From a virus, in IMG/VR virus record IMGVR_UViG_3300031730_000003, positions 3,108 through 67,107 of that record: 64,000 nucleotides of DNA, one strand, 5' to 3'. How positions within the stretch are numbered: position 1 is the stretch's first letter; each line of letters begins with the position of its first letter. A model generated the notes under the pieces. That model ran no database searches. It was not told where the DNA came from and worked only from the letters and a program-made list of their open reading frames with translations. This document shows positions 9,975 through 19,707 of the stretch, piece by piece. The position numbers and the translations under genes are program-made.

Positions 9975-11956
9975 GCCTTGCCGTCCGGCCGCACGTCCAG
10001 GCGAACCGCGCCCATGCGCCACATTGAGCCCAGATCGTCACTGCTGAACACGAAGCGGAACTGGCGAGCCCGGATGCCAGGGTTCACGTACTCGATGCTG
10101 GGCGTGAAGATGTATGGGCCATAGGCCACCTCCGGTTCGTTCGGGTAGTCCTGGCCATAGATCGTGAGGTTGACCGCGGGTGTGCCGGCCAGCCAGTTGA
10201 AGTCTGGCACGACCCTGTCCATGAACCAGTACTGCTCGCCATCAGTGACGTCGAGATCGCCGCTGCCGATGCTGACGCTCATTGGCGTGCCGTCGGCGTC
10301 AGTCCCGATGTTGTGCTGCTGGACCAAGCCCGACGAGTCGGTGCCGATCGGGGCGCCCAGCGGGGAGTGGTCGATCCAGGCAGTGCGCTCCAGCCAGCCG
10401 TAATCCCAGAGGTTGTCGACGTAGTTCCATTTTACGAAGGCCATCTCCCCGCTTGTGGTCGGGAAGAAGATGGCGACCTCGTGGTAGGTGCTGTCGGTGG
10501 CAGCAAACACTTCGCCAAGCTGACTCTGGTCAAGATTGTCGTAGAAGAAGTCCCACACCGGGCAATCCATCGGCTGCACGCCGCCGCCGGCGTAGATGAA
10601 GAAGCTGTGCAAGCCGGGCCAAAAGACGCCGGCGCTGATCGTCGCCACCGCCCGTGCCGCGAGCAGCCCGCAATTGGCCCCCGCCTCGTTGATCGAGAAG
10701 ATGCCTGGGGTGCCCGAGTAGAACATCGAATAGAGGGAGGTGTCGGTCCACACCAGCGCGCCAAGGCCGCTGCCGCGAGCGCCCACGATCCGCGAGCCCT
10801 TGGTCAACTGGAAGCTGCCGGCCTGGTTGCTAGCGCTCGCCGTCCACACCGTGAAGTCGGCGACGTCGCTCCAGCGCAACAGCATGGGGTACTGCGTGCC
10901 GAGCACCTCTGCGCCGAGCGCCACCAGGATCTGCGCCTGCGAGAAGACGAAGATGCCGTTGTTCATGGTCGGCGCCGTGCCGATCAGCGTCAGCGGCACC
11001 GTCGGATCGGGGGGCGCCCAATAATAGATGCCGCCGCCCGTGTAGTTGGCGACGAGATCCTCGCCCCATTGGTCGAAGAACCATTGCCGCATCGGGGCGG
11101 TCAACTGCGCGCTGTTGCCCAGGCCGTAGTCGCCGGCGCCATAGTCCCCCACGCCATAGCCTGACAGGGCAGTGTTGACCGCGTAGCCGCTCGCCAGCAG
11201 GTACTGGATACGGACATTGCCGCCGTTCTCGGAGCCCGATGTCGTCGAGCCGGCCAGCGAGCCGCCGGTGATGTTGAAGGTGTTCGCCGAGAGCACCGTG
11301 ACCGCGTAATCGCCGAAGATGACGATGGTAGCCACCGTGGTGGAGACCTTGACGCTGAAGGTGCTTGCGTTGGTCAGGCCGTGGTTGGCCAGTGTCACCA
11401 GGATCGTGGCCGAGCCGTTGGTGGTATTGAACAGCGGCACCGCGCCGGCATTGGCGACGGTGGAGGTCGCGTTGCTGGCCGCGGTGATCTGGTAAGCGGT
11501 GCCGCTGATCGACGCCGTGACGATGTAGTAGCCCTCGAGCACCAGGCCGCCGATGGCCACCGGAGTGAGGATGTTGATCCAATCCCCGACGGCCGGGCTG
11601 TGCGCGGCATCCACGATCGTCACCAGGGGGGAACTGATCGTCGTCGAGAAATTCACGGCCACGTTGGTGGTGGCCGCGATCGGCGTGATGTCGTAGAGCG
11701 TGCCGCCGATCATCAGGTAGACGCGCTGCTCGGTACCGAGCGCGAGGTAGGGATTGCCCTGGTAGTCCGCCCAGCCGAACAGGCCGCGGCAGGTGCCCAC
11801 GAAGGGCGTGTCATTCATGTGCTGCCAGCCGGCGTATTTCTGCGGCTGCTTGTTCAGCCACCGGATCAACTGGCTGGTCGACCAGCCCGTCGAGTTCAGG
11901 GTGGTGGTCTTGGTGGTGTCGATGCCCGGCTGAAGCGCGAGGCGGCGGAGCGACAT
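9971..11956 (-). CDS. Tail hub / head-stabilisation protein (P22 gp10-like nozzle)
   Basis: 661 aa from ATG 11956. Beta-rich, with LLRWSD..DFTVW.....NQAGSFQL..GSRIV, WDYGWLERTAWID and a C-terminal WRMGAVRLDVRPDG. Confidence 0.8.
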   Translation of the reverse strand: MSLRRLALQPGIDTTKTTTLNSTGWSTSQLIRWLNKQPQKYAGWQHMNDTPFVGTCRGLFGWADYQGNPYLALGTEQRVYLMIGGTLYDITPIAATTNVAVNFSTTISSPLVTIVDAAHSPAVGDWINILTPVAIGGLVLEGYYIVTASISGTAYQITAASNATSTVANAGAVPLFNTTNGSATILVTLANHGLTNASTFSVKVSTTVATIVIFGDYAVTVLSANTFNITGGSLAGSTTSGSENGGNVRIQYLLASGYAVNTALSGYGVGDYGAGDYGLGNSAQLTAPMRQWFFDQWGEDLVANYTGGGIYYWAPPDPTVPLTLIGTAPTMNNGIFVFSQAQILVALGAEVLGTQYPMLLRWSDVADFTVWTASASNQAGSFQLTKGSRIVGARGSGLGALVWTDTSLYSMFYSGTPGIFSINEAGANCGLLAARAVATISAGVFWPGLHSFFIYAGGGVQPMDCPVWDFFYDNLDQSQLGEVFAATDSTYHEVAIFFPTTSGEMAFVKWNYVDNLWDYGWLERTAWIDHSPLGAPIGTDSSGLVQQHNIGTDADGTPMSVSIGSGDLDVTDGEQYWFMDRVVPDFNWLAGTPAVNLTIYGQDYPNEPEVAYGPYIFTPSIEYVNPGIRARQFRFVFSSDDLGSMWRMGAVRLDVRPDGKA

Positions 11957-11957
11957 T

Positions 11958-12704
11958 TCATGCCCTCGGCAGCGCGGCAACGGGCGCTGGCGCCATGGTC
12001 TGCCAGCCGGCCGACTGCGACTTCTTGCGGGCCTCCTCGACCGCCGCTCCCTTCTTGAGGTCGTTGTACTGCGTCACCCAGGTGGTGGCGCCAGGTGCAT
12101 CCTCGGCCAGCGCGCTCCAGTTCTGCTTGATCGCGTTCCAATAGATCATCGCCGCCACGACGTAGAGGTCCGGCAGGTTCAGGGTCAGGAAGTTCGAGGT
12201 GTTCGTACTGGAGAGCGGCGTCGGGCGCACCGTGCCGTAGAATTCGATCTGGTAGGCAGCGTCCGGCACCGGGCCGAGCACAAAGGTGCTGTCGTCCTGC
12301 GGCGCGACATAGGTCGGCAGGCCGCGGCTCGCGACGGTCATGCTGCCCCAGGCAAAATTGATGAAGTCGCGCGAGGCTGGCAGCAGCGGGGTGCGGGTGG
12401 AATTGCTGGCGTTCGGCGCCGAGCCCGCGGGCGAGATCACCGCAAGGCTCTCCGCCACGATCATGCTGGCCGGCTTGGCCACGGTGCGCGTGCCGGCGGC
12501 GCAGGTGCTGGTGGCCGTTGTGTAGGCGGCCAGGAAATTGAGGTCGGGGTCGCGCAGCAGGCGGAGCTCGGCGAAGCTGATGGACTCGCTAAGCGCGGTG
12601 TTCAGCCGGTCGGTGGTGAAGGGCGTGGCGGAAGCGGCCCCGGTCGCCGAAAGGGGCGTCGGATAGAGGTCGCCGATCCAGGTAGTGTATTCGGACCAGA
12701 TCAT
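11958..12704 (-). CDS. Head-tail adaptor protein
   Basis: ATG 12704 overlaps the upstream stop. ISFAELRLLRD...GLPTY...LGPVPDAAYQIEFY...LSSTNTSNFLT..LPDLY. Confidence 0.7.
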   Translation of the reverse strand: MIWSEYTTWIGDLYPTPLSATGAASATPFTTDRLNTALSESISFAELRLLRDPDLNFLAAYTTATSTCAAGTRTVAKPASMIVAESLAVISPAGSAPNASNSTRTPLLPASRDFINFAWGSMTVASRGLPTYVAPQDDSTFVLGPVPDAAYQIEFYGTVRPTPLSSTNTSNFLTLNLPDLYVVAAMIYWNAIKQNWSALAEDAPGATTWVTQYNDLKKGAAVEEARKKSQSAGWQTMAPAPVAALPRA

Positions 12705-13414
12705 GACAGCACCGGCTCCAGACCGGCCATGATCACAAGCCCGGCGGTCGACTGGATCGCATTGGCGAAGTTCACCGCAAGACGGTCTCCGGCGACCATG
12801 TGGACGGTGTTGAACGTCGCCAAAAGCGCCGTCTGGAGGGTATTCGCCGTGGCATTCAGGTTGAAGCTGCTGCCCATGATCGAGGTCCCGCCGCCGGGCG
12901 CCGTTGTGCCGGTGTCCTTGGTTACCGTCAGCGTGCTGGTGCCACCGGCGGCCACCGAGAATATGCAGCGCAGCGACTTCACCCGCATGGGCCGATACGC
13001 CATGAAGAAGGACCGGGCAGTGGCCGCCGGAGTCCCCGTGAAATAGAAGATCGCCGGGATCAGATTGGCGTCGCCGGCAAGAAACAATTCCCCGTCGTTG
13101 GCGGCGGAAGATCCTGCGCCGGGATCCAGGTAGACGCTTCCTCCAAACGTGCCGTTCGACCCGCCAGCAACGTGTGTGTTGCCGCCAAAGCCGGTCGCCG
13201 CCCCGTCGCGGCCTGTTACGTTGAGTGCGGCAGCGGCGCCCAGGATGCCGTCTACCACGGGGGTCCCGAAGGTCGGGTCCAGGCCTGAGCCAAGGATGTC
13301 GCCCACTGTCGCACTGGTGGTCAGCGTCTGGCCATTGCGGACCTGAAAGAGCGTGACGATGTCCGCCAAGGAGATCGGCAGCGTCGGCGCGTTGTATTGG
13401 TTGCCTTGGGCCAT
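12701..13414 (-). CDS. Hypothetical virion protein
   Basis: 237 aa, Thr/Gly/Ala-rich, within the structural operon. Confidence 0.65.
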   Translation of the reverse strand: MAQGNQYNAPTLPISLADIVTLFQVRNGQTLTTSATVGDILGSGLDPTFGTPVVDGILGAAAALNVTGRDGAATGFGGNTHVAGGSNGTFGGSVYLDPGAGSSAANDGELFLAGDANLIPAIFYFTGTPAATARSFFMAYRPMRVKSLRCIFSVAAGGTSTLTVTKDTGTTAPGGGTSIMGSSFNLNATANTLQTALLATFNTVHMVAGDRLAVNFANAIQSTAGLVIMAGLEPVLS

Positions 13415-13423
13415 CAGGCGCTC

Positions 13424-13789
13424 CTAGCCGGGCGGCGTGGGAATGAAGCCGGTGTCCATGATAGGCGCCCACTTCGTGTCCTGGATAGGATCGCCGTTCG
13501 TATCGCTGATCACCAGGGAATAGTCGGATGCTGTCAGGAAGTCCGGCCGCGGCTGGCTGACCGGAATCGGGTCAGGGGGGAGGATGATGGTGCGCAACTG
13601 CTCCTGCGGGACGTCAAGGCAGATGTCGCATACCAGGAAGCCGGTGTCGGTGATCTTGGTGCCGTACCACTGCTTCTCGGCATAGAGGTCAGAGCGCAGA
13701 TACTCAAATCCGCACGTGTCACAGATAGCGAATGCGGATGGCGCCGTGGCATCAACGCGGGCCCGGCCATGGCGGTTGGGGATGGCCAT
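13424..13789 (-). CDS. Conserved Cys-rich neck-region protein
   Basis: AFAICDTCGF...LVCDICLD.PQEQL...PDPIPV..PRP. Confidence 0.75.
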   Translation of the reverse strand: MAIPNRHGRARVDATAPSAFAICDTCGFEYLRSDLYAEKQWYGTKITDTGFLVCDICLDVPQEQLRTIILPPDPIPVSQPRPDFLTASDYSLVISDTNGDPIQDTKWAPIMDTGFIPTPPG

Positions 13790-14518
13790 CTACTTGCGCC
13801 AGTAGTTGCTCAGGTTCGGCACGATGGTGATCGGCGCGAGTTCGGTGTCGGCATCGCGCGCCCGCACCCAGGCCGCGTCGCGCTCTATCTTCAGGTCGTC
13901 CTTGATCTTCAGCCACGTCTCGATCTCGGTGAACTTCGAGCCGACGTCGTAGGCAAGTTCGAGCACTGCGGCCTTGAGGAAGTAGTTCGGCAGGTTCGGC
14001 GTCTGGCCGTTCGAGGCTGCCACGTCCTGCACCGGCCGCATGTAGTTGAACTTGACGTCGCAGTTCGGGCTGCTGGTCGTGTCCTGGCTGGGCACCTGGT
14101 ACAGCGTCACGTTCGGCGCGATGGTGCGCTCGAACCAGTACTGCGTCGGGCTGCCCTGCTGCTTCTTGTTCGGGATCTCGGCGTACTGGTCGCGCGTGAT
14201 CGGGATCAGGATGCGGTCGGTGGTGCCGTTGCCGGCGCCGGCGTCGACCGCCCACCACATGTCGAGGAGCAGGACGCAGTTGGTCGGCAGCGCGTAGCTG
14301 GCCGTGCCGATGACCACGCCCAGGAGGTTGTCCTTCGAGATCGTCCAGAGGTTCGGGCCCTTGTTGGACCAGTCCTGCAGGATGAGGTTGAAGGAGCGCA
14401 TGGCCGAGATCATGAACTCGGTGGTGATCGCGGCCGGTCGGATGCGCGCACGCTCGAAGGCGTCCAGGACCATGTCGCCGGCGGAGAGCGAGAAATTGTA
14501 GGTGCCGCTGGAAGTGAT
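13790..14518 (-). CDS. Head-tail connector (P22 gp4-like adaptor); probable ATC start at 14518, first ATG at 14473
   Basis: AGGAGG-N6-ATC, then TSSGTYNFSLSAGDMVLDAFER; WSNKGPNLWT; ITRDQYAEIPNK..QGSPTQYWF. Confidence 0.75.
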   Translation of the reverse strand: MTSSGTYNFSLSAGDMVLDAFERARIRPAAITTEFMISAMRSFNLILQDWSNKGPNLWTISKDNLLGVVIGTASYALPTNCVLLLDMWWAVDAGAGNGTTDRILIPITRDQYAEIPNKKQQGSPTQYWFERTIAPNVTLYQVPSQDTTSSPNCDVKFNYMRPVQDVAASNGQTPNLPNYFLKAAVLELAYDVGSKFTEIETWLKIKDDLKIERDAAWVRARDADTELAPITIVPNLSNYWRK

Positions 14519-14548
14519 GGCCGGCCTCCTGACGCTGGCCGGAGCGTG

Positions 14549-15073
14549 CTACCCGCGGCCGATGCCCGGGAACTTAGCGTGGACCTTCCGGCGAATGGTA
14601 GTCTGTTCGGCCGGGCTCGCATTCTGCGCGGCCCTGGCCAGCGCGTTGCGAGCGTGAGAGGCGTCAGGGATCGGATAGCTGCCCGACCCCTTGCCGCCGC
14701 TGCCCGAGCCATGCCCGGGCAGTGCGAAATCCGAATCGGGGAGTTTCCGACGCGCCTCTGCGGTCAGTCGCCCCCCGCGTGCTCGGTCGTGTTCGGTGTC
14801 GTCGCCGCCTTTGCCGCGGGCGGTCGTCGCCGGCACGCCGCCGGACTCGTACGGCTGGCCCTTCATGTTGCCCGCGCCGCTGAGCGGCGAACTCGGCGTC
14901 ATGCGGCCACCACGGGCCCGCTTGTCGAGCCGGCCGCCGGACTTCATGCCGCCGACCGCCCCGCCGTGCTTGTAGGCCTGCGGGCCCTTCATCGCCATCG
15001 GGGGAATGCTGCCGCCGTCCGCGCGCTTCTTGCCCTTGCCGTGCCCCGGATGGCCGCCGGTCTTGCCCTTCAT
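14549..15073 (-). CDS. Basic xxGG-repeat protein with C-terminal DUF6582-like motif
   Basis: RBS CAGGAG; repeated K/R/A-x-GG; LTAEARRKLPDSDFALPG...YPIPDASHARNALARAAQ. Confidence 0.7.
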   Translation of the reverse strand: MKGKTGGHPGHGKGKKRADGGSIPPMAMKGPQAYKHGGAVGGMKSGGRLDKRARGGRMTPSSPLSGAGNMKGQPYESGGVPATTARGKGGDDTEHDRARGGRLTAEARRKLPDSDFALPGHGSGSGGKGSGSYPIPDASHARNALARAAQNASPAEQTTIRRKVHAKFPGIGRG

Positions 15074-15122
15074 CTGCCGTCTCCTGGCTGCGGCCACACT
15101 CGGCGGTGGTGGCGTCCCGTCG

Positions 15123-15788
15123 TCAACCTTGCACAATGCCGGCTTGTATCGCCTTCAGCGTGGCAGTTCCAGCACCGGCCGTGATCGTAACCCGGAAGGC
15201 GAAGCAGGGGCGCTCGAATGAGCCCTCCGCGTTGCCCGTGACGCCCGTCATGGTCGGCAGCTGCCACACGGTAGGGGGCACGCTGCTGAGCGGCTCAACG
15301 GTGGTTCCCCATGGCGTCAGCACCCAATTCGGGTCGTCGTACGTGTAGTCGACCTGCGACGTCGTGCCGCTGTTCTCAAGCGTGACCGTCAGGTTGAAGG
15401 GGGTGATCTCGCGCGTGGGGAACAGCCAGGGGCCGCTCGCCACTGCGTTGGTGCCCACCGTGAGCGCGCCGGCCGCGGCGCCGCTGATGGCGATCCGGCT
15501 GACCGTCAGGAAGTCGGCCAGCGTGTAGACCGTGGTGGCGTTCGGGCCGGTCAGGATTTCGACCTGCGCGTTGCCGTTCCGGTCGGTCCCCGTGATGGTG
15601 AAGGTCCGGTTGGAGATGTCGGCGGCCGACGTGATGGCCACCCGGCGCGCGGGCGTCAGCGTCGCCACGCCGACGGTCGCCAGCGAGCCCGTGATCGTGA
15701 GGTTGCCGGCAGCCCCCGGCGTCTGCGAGAGCGAAATCGCGTTGGCGCTCCCGGCGGCGATCGTGATGGGGCAGACGATCGGGTTCAT
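15123..15788 (-). CDS. Hypothetical virion protein
   Basis: ATG 15788 (MNPIVCPIT...); RRVAITS..D..RTFTITGTD..G....E.LTGPNATTV. Confidence 0.7.
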   Translation of the reverse strand: MNPIVCPITIAAGSANAISLSQTPGAAGNLTITGSLATVGVATLTPARRVAITSAADISNRTFTITGTDRNGNAQVEILTGPNATTVYTLADFLTVSRIAISGAAAGALTVGTNAVASGPWLFPTREITPFNLTVTLENSGTTSQVDYTYDDPNWVLTPWGTTVEPLSSVPPTVWQLPTMTGVTGNAEGSFERPCFAFRVTITAGAGTATLKAIQAGIVQG

Positions 15789-15792
15789 GGCA

Positions 15793-17085
15793 TCAACCCA
15801 GGTTCTGGGTGACCCCGTACAGCGACACCGCATTCGCCTGCGTGGCCTTGGTGGCGCTGTTGACCCCCACGGCGGTCTCCATGAGCAGGAAGCGCCCCGT
15901 GACTGCGGTGCCAGATGCGGCGCCGTTGGAGGCGCTGGCGCCGATGCCCGTGCCGCCGCCGGCGGCGCCGGTCTGGATCGTGCCGCGCGTGTCACCAGTG
16001 GTGGTTGTCGCCGGCGAGGTGCCGACCGGCGCCGTGTAGCCCTGCGAGGACGTCATCAGCGCGCCGGCCCAGCAGACTTTGCTGTCCTCCCACACGCCGG
16101 TGCGGGCGTGGAAGCCGAACACGTCCGAGGTGCCGACCGAGTAGGTGTAGGTGGCCTCGGTGACCGACGGCGTGACCGTCTGGATCGCCTTGAACGCCTT
16201 CACGCCATAGGCGACCAGGGCCGAGCCCGGCGTGATGGTGATCGCCTCGCTCATCGGCACGCCGTAGACGTCCCAGCCGACCACGGTGAAGACGTTGGTG
16301 GCTGCGCTGGCGTTGTTGGCGGTGATCGACACGCCGCGGGCGATGGCCTGGCGCGGATCCAGCATCAGGCCAGTGCCGGCGCCGAGGAACGGCATGTGCG
16401 CCGTCGGCACGAACGAAGTGCCGCTGCCGTCCTGCGGCAGCCACAGGTTGCCGGTGCCGCACTGCGCCGAGGATTTGGTGGCGAGCGGAACATTGTTCGC
16501 ATCGACCGTAATGGTGGTCGCGCTGGCGATCGTGGCAACGGAGGTCAAGAGCGCTGTCGTGCCGCCGGAATCGCCCGCCGTGGCAATCACAAGCGGCATG
16601 CCGACGGTGAAGGCGGTGGAGTCGGCGACGGTGACAGTGGCACTGCCTGCCGTGGTGGCCACGTAGGCGAACCCGAAATCCAGCACAATATGGGCGGTGA
16701 CCACGGCGTCGCCCCCGGGCATGCCGTTGAACGGCACCCATGGGATGTTCCTGGCGATGCCGGCGGAGACCACGGCCAGCGTCATGGCGGTGCTGGCGAC
16801 CGTGTTGGCCGCCGCTGCGATCTTGGCGGCGCCAAGCGCGATCGGAATGGCGCCCACCGAGCGGATGTTGGCGATCGAGTAGAGGCCCTGGAAGGAGCCG
16901 CCGCGGCCCTGCATGCGGTCCGGCAGCGCGACGATGCGCGGGTCCGGCAGGAAGATGCCCTGGTAGATGCCGCTCGGGCCGGCGTCAGGGTCGTAGTCGG
17001 GGACCGGGCTGCCGCCGAGCGACGCGGGCAGGTTGCCCATCGACCCGATGACATTGAATGGCCCGGTGACGTTCGTCGTACCCAT
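15793..17085 (-). CDS. Virion structural protein downstream of capsid (decoration or fibre)
   Basis: 430 aa, beta-rich; VVGWDVYGVPMSEAIT...KAFKAI...SVGTSDVFGF. Confidence 0.7.
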   Translation of the reverse strand: MGTTNVTGPFNVIGSMGNLPASLGGSPVPDYDPDAGPSGIYQGIFLPDPRIVALPDRMQGRGGSFQGLYSIANIRSVGAIPIALGAAKIAAAANTVASTAMTLAVVSAGIARNIPWVPFNGMPGGDAVVTAHIVLDFGFAYVATTAGSATVTVADSTAFTVGMPLVIATAGDSGGTTALLTSVATIASATTITVDANNVPLATKSSAQCGTGNLWLPQDGSGTSFVPTAHMPFLGAGTGLMLDPRQAIARGVSITANNASAATNVFTVVGWDVYGVPMSEAITITPGSALVAYGVKAFKAIQTVTPSVTEATYTYSVGTSDVFGFHARTGVWEDSKVCWAGALMTSSQGYTAPVGTSPATTTTGDTRGTIQTGAAGGGTGIGASASNGAASGTAVTGRFLLMETAVGVNSATKATQANAVSLYGVTQNLG

Positions 17086-17122
17086 CAGATCACCCCTTCA
17101 GGTGCGAGGCTCGGAAGACGGC

Positions 17123-18031
17123 TCAGTTGGTGGGGAAGGTGCCCCAGCCCGCGCGCCAGTCGTCGTAGCCGAGGTAGTAGCGCTCGTAGCCCTTCACCAT
17201 CAGGTTGTCGGTGGTGAAGTCCACGTGCATGGACGACTCGAACGGCGTGCGGGTCAGGTGGATGAAGCCGCCCTGGTCGCTCAGCACGAACCAGGCATAG
17301 GGGCTGGTGAGGTACTGGTTGACGATGTAGCCGTCGCGGAAGTCGTCGTTCTCCTTCATGGAGGCGATGTCGTTGTTCGCCGTGCCGGGCCGCAGGTGGG
17401 CTTCGGAGAGGCGCTTGGCGATGTGGCGGAGTTCCAGCGGCACCAGGAGCAGCCGGGCCTGCGCGCCGACCTGGAGGCCGGCGTTGTCGCGGAAGCGGCG
17501 GATCTGGTTGGCGGCCAGCATCAGGCTCGATTCGGAAAGCTGGATCTGGTTGGTGGGCGTGTTCTGCACCGAGTAGCCGTCGACCGGGTGGGCGGTGCTG
17601 AACAGGGCCACGCCGTCGCCGCCGTTCGCGGCGTTGTAGGTGTTGCCGGTGTTGAAGACGTCCGCGGCCACGATCTCCTTGAACTGCTTGAAGGACTTCA
17701 GCAGGCCGAGGTTGGTCGGGTTGAAGGCGGACTTGTAGAGGTTGTCGTCGAGCGCCTCGCGGGTGAAGACGTAGCCGAGGCCGACGGCGATGTGTGTGTG
17801 TGTGTAGGCATAGCGCTGGCCCGCACCCTGATCGAAATAGGTCTGCTGGCCCTGGCCCTTGAGGGCGGGCAGCGGCAGGTAGCGCATGGACAGCGTGCGC
17901 TCGGTCTGCATGTCGGAGTTGCCAGTGGCGAACAGCTTCGGCCAGACGGCTGGGACCTCTGCGTAGTCGCCCTTGAGCTTGCGGACGCCCGGCAGCAGCA
18001 GCCCCGGAATTTGACTCGTCGAAACGGGCAT
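17123..18031 (-). CDS. Major capsid protein (HK97 fold, Mu gpT-like)
   Basis: LLLPG...GLGYVFTREALDDNLY...GGDGVALFSTAHP...LLVPLEL...LRPGTANND...YLTSPYAWF...DFTTDNLMVKGYERY..GYDDWR. Confidence 0.88.
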   Translation of the reverse strand: MPVSTSQIPGLLLPGVRKLKGDYAEVPAVWPKLFATGNSDMQTERTLSMRYLPLPALKGQGQQTYFDQGAGQRYAYTHTHIAVGLGYVFTREALDDNLYKSAFNPTNLGLLKSFKQFKEIVAADVFNTGNTYNAANGGDGVALFSTAHPVDGYSVQNTPTNQIQLSESSLMLAANQIRRFRDNAGLQVGAQARLLLVPLELRHIAKRLSEAHLRPGTANNDIASMKENDDFRDGYIVNQYLTSPYAWFVLSDQGGFIHLTRTPFESSMHVDFTTDNLMVKGYERYYLGYDDWRAGWGTFPTN

Positions 18032-18044
18032 GGTGCCTACTCCC

Positions 18045-18677
18045 TCAGATGCCGAGCGCGGTCGTGAGCTCGGAAGTGTTGAGCTTCACGAGGGCGTAGT
18101 TGTTGGCGTTTGCGGCCAGGATTTGGCTGGCCAGAGACGCCGTCGGATCGGTCCCCCCCAGCGCCTGTTGCGAAGTGCCGACGATGCGCAGCGGGAGCGT
18201 GGCGGTGACGGCCACAGAGGAATAGAGGAGACCCATCCGACTGAGCCCGGTCGCTGTGTTGGCGCCGCTCGTGTTGGTGATCTCGGCGTTCAGGCCGCGG
18301 TCCGTGGCGTAGAGGACGGGGCCGCCGCTGGCCTGGATCGAGAAGACCATCCAGGGATCGTCGTAGATCCAGCACGCGACGTCGCTGGCGGCGGATTCGG
18401 TGCCCGCCCAGAACTGCTTGTTGACGGACTGCTGCAGCACCGTGTCGTAGTACGGGCCGGCGAGTCCGGCGAACACGCCGAGCACATGGGCGGTGCCGGC
18501 CGTGTAGATGTTGACGTAGCCCTGCTGGGACGACGCGCCCGTGATGACAAGATCGCCGAGCCCGATCGCGGTCGCGTACCCCTGCTTGATGTAGTAGAGG
18601 TTCGCCCCGAAATTTGGTCCGTTCTGCTGCTGCGAGCGGACCGGCGTGAGGCCGAAGGGCGCGTATGCCGTCGTCAT
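18045..18677 (-). CDS. Capsid decoration / cement protein
   Basis: MTTAYAPFGLTPV...IGLGDLV...LGVFAG...YDDP; immediately upstream of the capsid gene. Confidence 0.7.
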   Translation of the reverse strand: MTTAYAPFGLTPVRSQQQNGPNFGANLYYIKQGYATAIGLGDLVITGASSQQGYVNIYTAGTAHVLGVFAGLAGPYYDTVLQQSVNKQFWAGTESAASDVACWIYDDPWMVFSIQASGGPVLYATDRGLNAEITNTSGANTATGLSRMGLLYSSVAVTATLPLRIVGTSQQALGGTDPTASLASQILAANANNYALVKLNTSELTTALGI

Positions 18678-18776
18678 GTGGGGAAGCCCCAACCTGGGCG
18701 GAGGCTCCCCGCGATACGCGGCTGAGTTTTGCGCCGATTGATGCGACCCCAGCGATGCGCTCGGGGAGACGGCCGG

Positions 18777-18806
18777 ACGCTATGCGGGATGTTTGTCGCG
18801 CGTCAA
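18777..18806 (-). promoter_or_regulatory. Promoter for the capsid operon
   Basis: TTGACG-N18-TAGCGT in a 170-bp intergenic region. Confidence 0.55.
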
Positions 18807-18849
18807 GCGGTTATTCCGAAAATTGGACAAACCACCTGGCGCGGAACGC

Positions 18850-19095
18850 TCAGACTGCTTCGTAGGTGGCTTCGAAGATATCCGGCTTGCAGGGATAGAA
18901 CTCTCCCTTGATGCCCTTGATGATCCAATCGCCGGCGCCGGCTGTCATGGTGCCTTCAAGCGTCGGGATGCAGATCGTGGGCGCCAAGGCGGGAGGGTCG
19001 AATGCAGTCGGACAAAAGGCCAAGCACTCGGCGTCATTCTTGCCGGTGAATTGCACCGCTTCTATCATAACGGGTTTTTTGCGAAACCGCGGCAC
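18850..19095 (-). CDS. Conserved small phage protein (PGDYG-like family)
   Basis: GTG start with GAGG RBS; RKKPVMIEAVQF...TLEGTM....GDWIIKGIKGEFYPCKPDIFEATYE. Confidence 0.8.
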   Translation of the reverse strand: MPRFRKKPVMIEAVQFTGKNDAECLAFCPTAFDPPALAPTICIPTLEGTMTAGAGDWIIKGIKGEFYPCKPDIFEATYEAV

Positions 19096-19096
19096 G

Positions 19097-19696
19097 TCAG
19101 ACCTCCTTCGCCACGTCCGGCATGCTGACGACGCGCTCGTTCTGGTAGTCGGTCGTGACGCGCTTGAGCGGGCCAGGATCGCCGGCGAGCGCCGCCGCCA
19201 TGCGCGCCTGCTTCTGCTCGTTCGCCTTGTTCTCCAACTCGCGCCGCGCCGCGATCGACAGTTCAAGCCGGCGCACGTACAGCCTGCTGCCCATGCGGTC
19301 GATGGTGTCCATCTTGATGCCGTTCGGCAGCATTTCGGGCGCGAGCGCAGCGGGAAGTGGCTTCCAGCCGGCCTCGGCGGTCTGCACCAGCACGCCAGGA
19401 TCGACCGGCTCGTTGAAGATTTTCACCGTGATCCACTGGAAGTCGAAGCCCGGCAGCCGGGAATAGACCACCTTCGGGATCTCGAAGTCGCCGTCGACCA
19501 GCGTTTCCGTGGCGCGGCGCGTGGCGGTGGCGGCGGTGGAGAGGAATTCCTCAAGCAGGTCGGCATCGACGCCGTCGGCGGCCTCACGGGCAAGCGGCGA
19601 GCGCGCGTTGCGGGCATCTGCGTCGGCAGAGTCCGTGCCGGGTTTGCCGCGGGCAGCGCGGCTGGCGGGGATGGTGATCTCGGTGGGGTCGCTCAT
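19097..19696 (-). CDS. Conserved head-module hypothetical protein
   Basis: ATG 19696 with AAGGA RBS; PGFDFQW...GWKP. Confidence 0.7.
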   Translation of the reverse strand: MSDPTEITIPASRAARGKPGTDSADADARNARSPLAREAADGVDADLLEEFLSTAATATRRATETLVDGDFEIPKVVYSRLPGFDFQWITVKIFNEPVDPGVLVQTAEAGWKPLPAALAPEMLPNGIKMDTIDRMGSRLYVRRLELSIAARRELENKANEQKQARMAAALAGDPGPLKRVTTDYQNERVVSMPDVAKEV

Positions 19697-19707
19697 GGTG
19701 TGTTCCT

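Noticed and set aside
17791-17805. (TG)7 microsatellite in the major capsid gene as a phase-variation site
   Set aside because: It encodes in-frame YTHTH, and slippage would destroy an essential gene; there is no evidence of an alternative product.
18850-19095. Possible second nucleotide-sponge anti-defence protein
   Set aside because: A widespread small family, but I cannot tie it to a characterised sponge from sequence alone.
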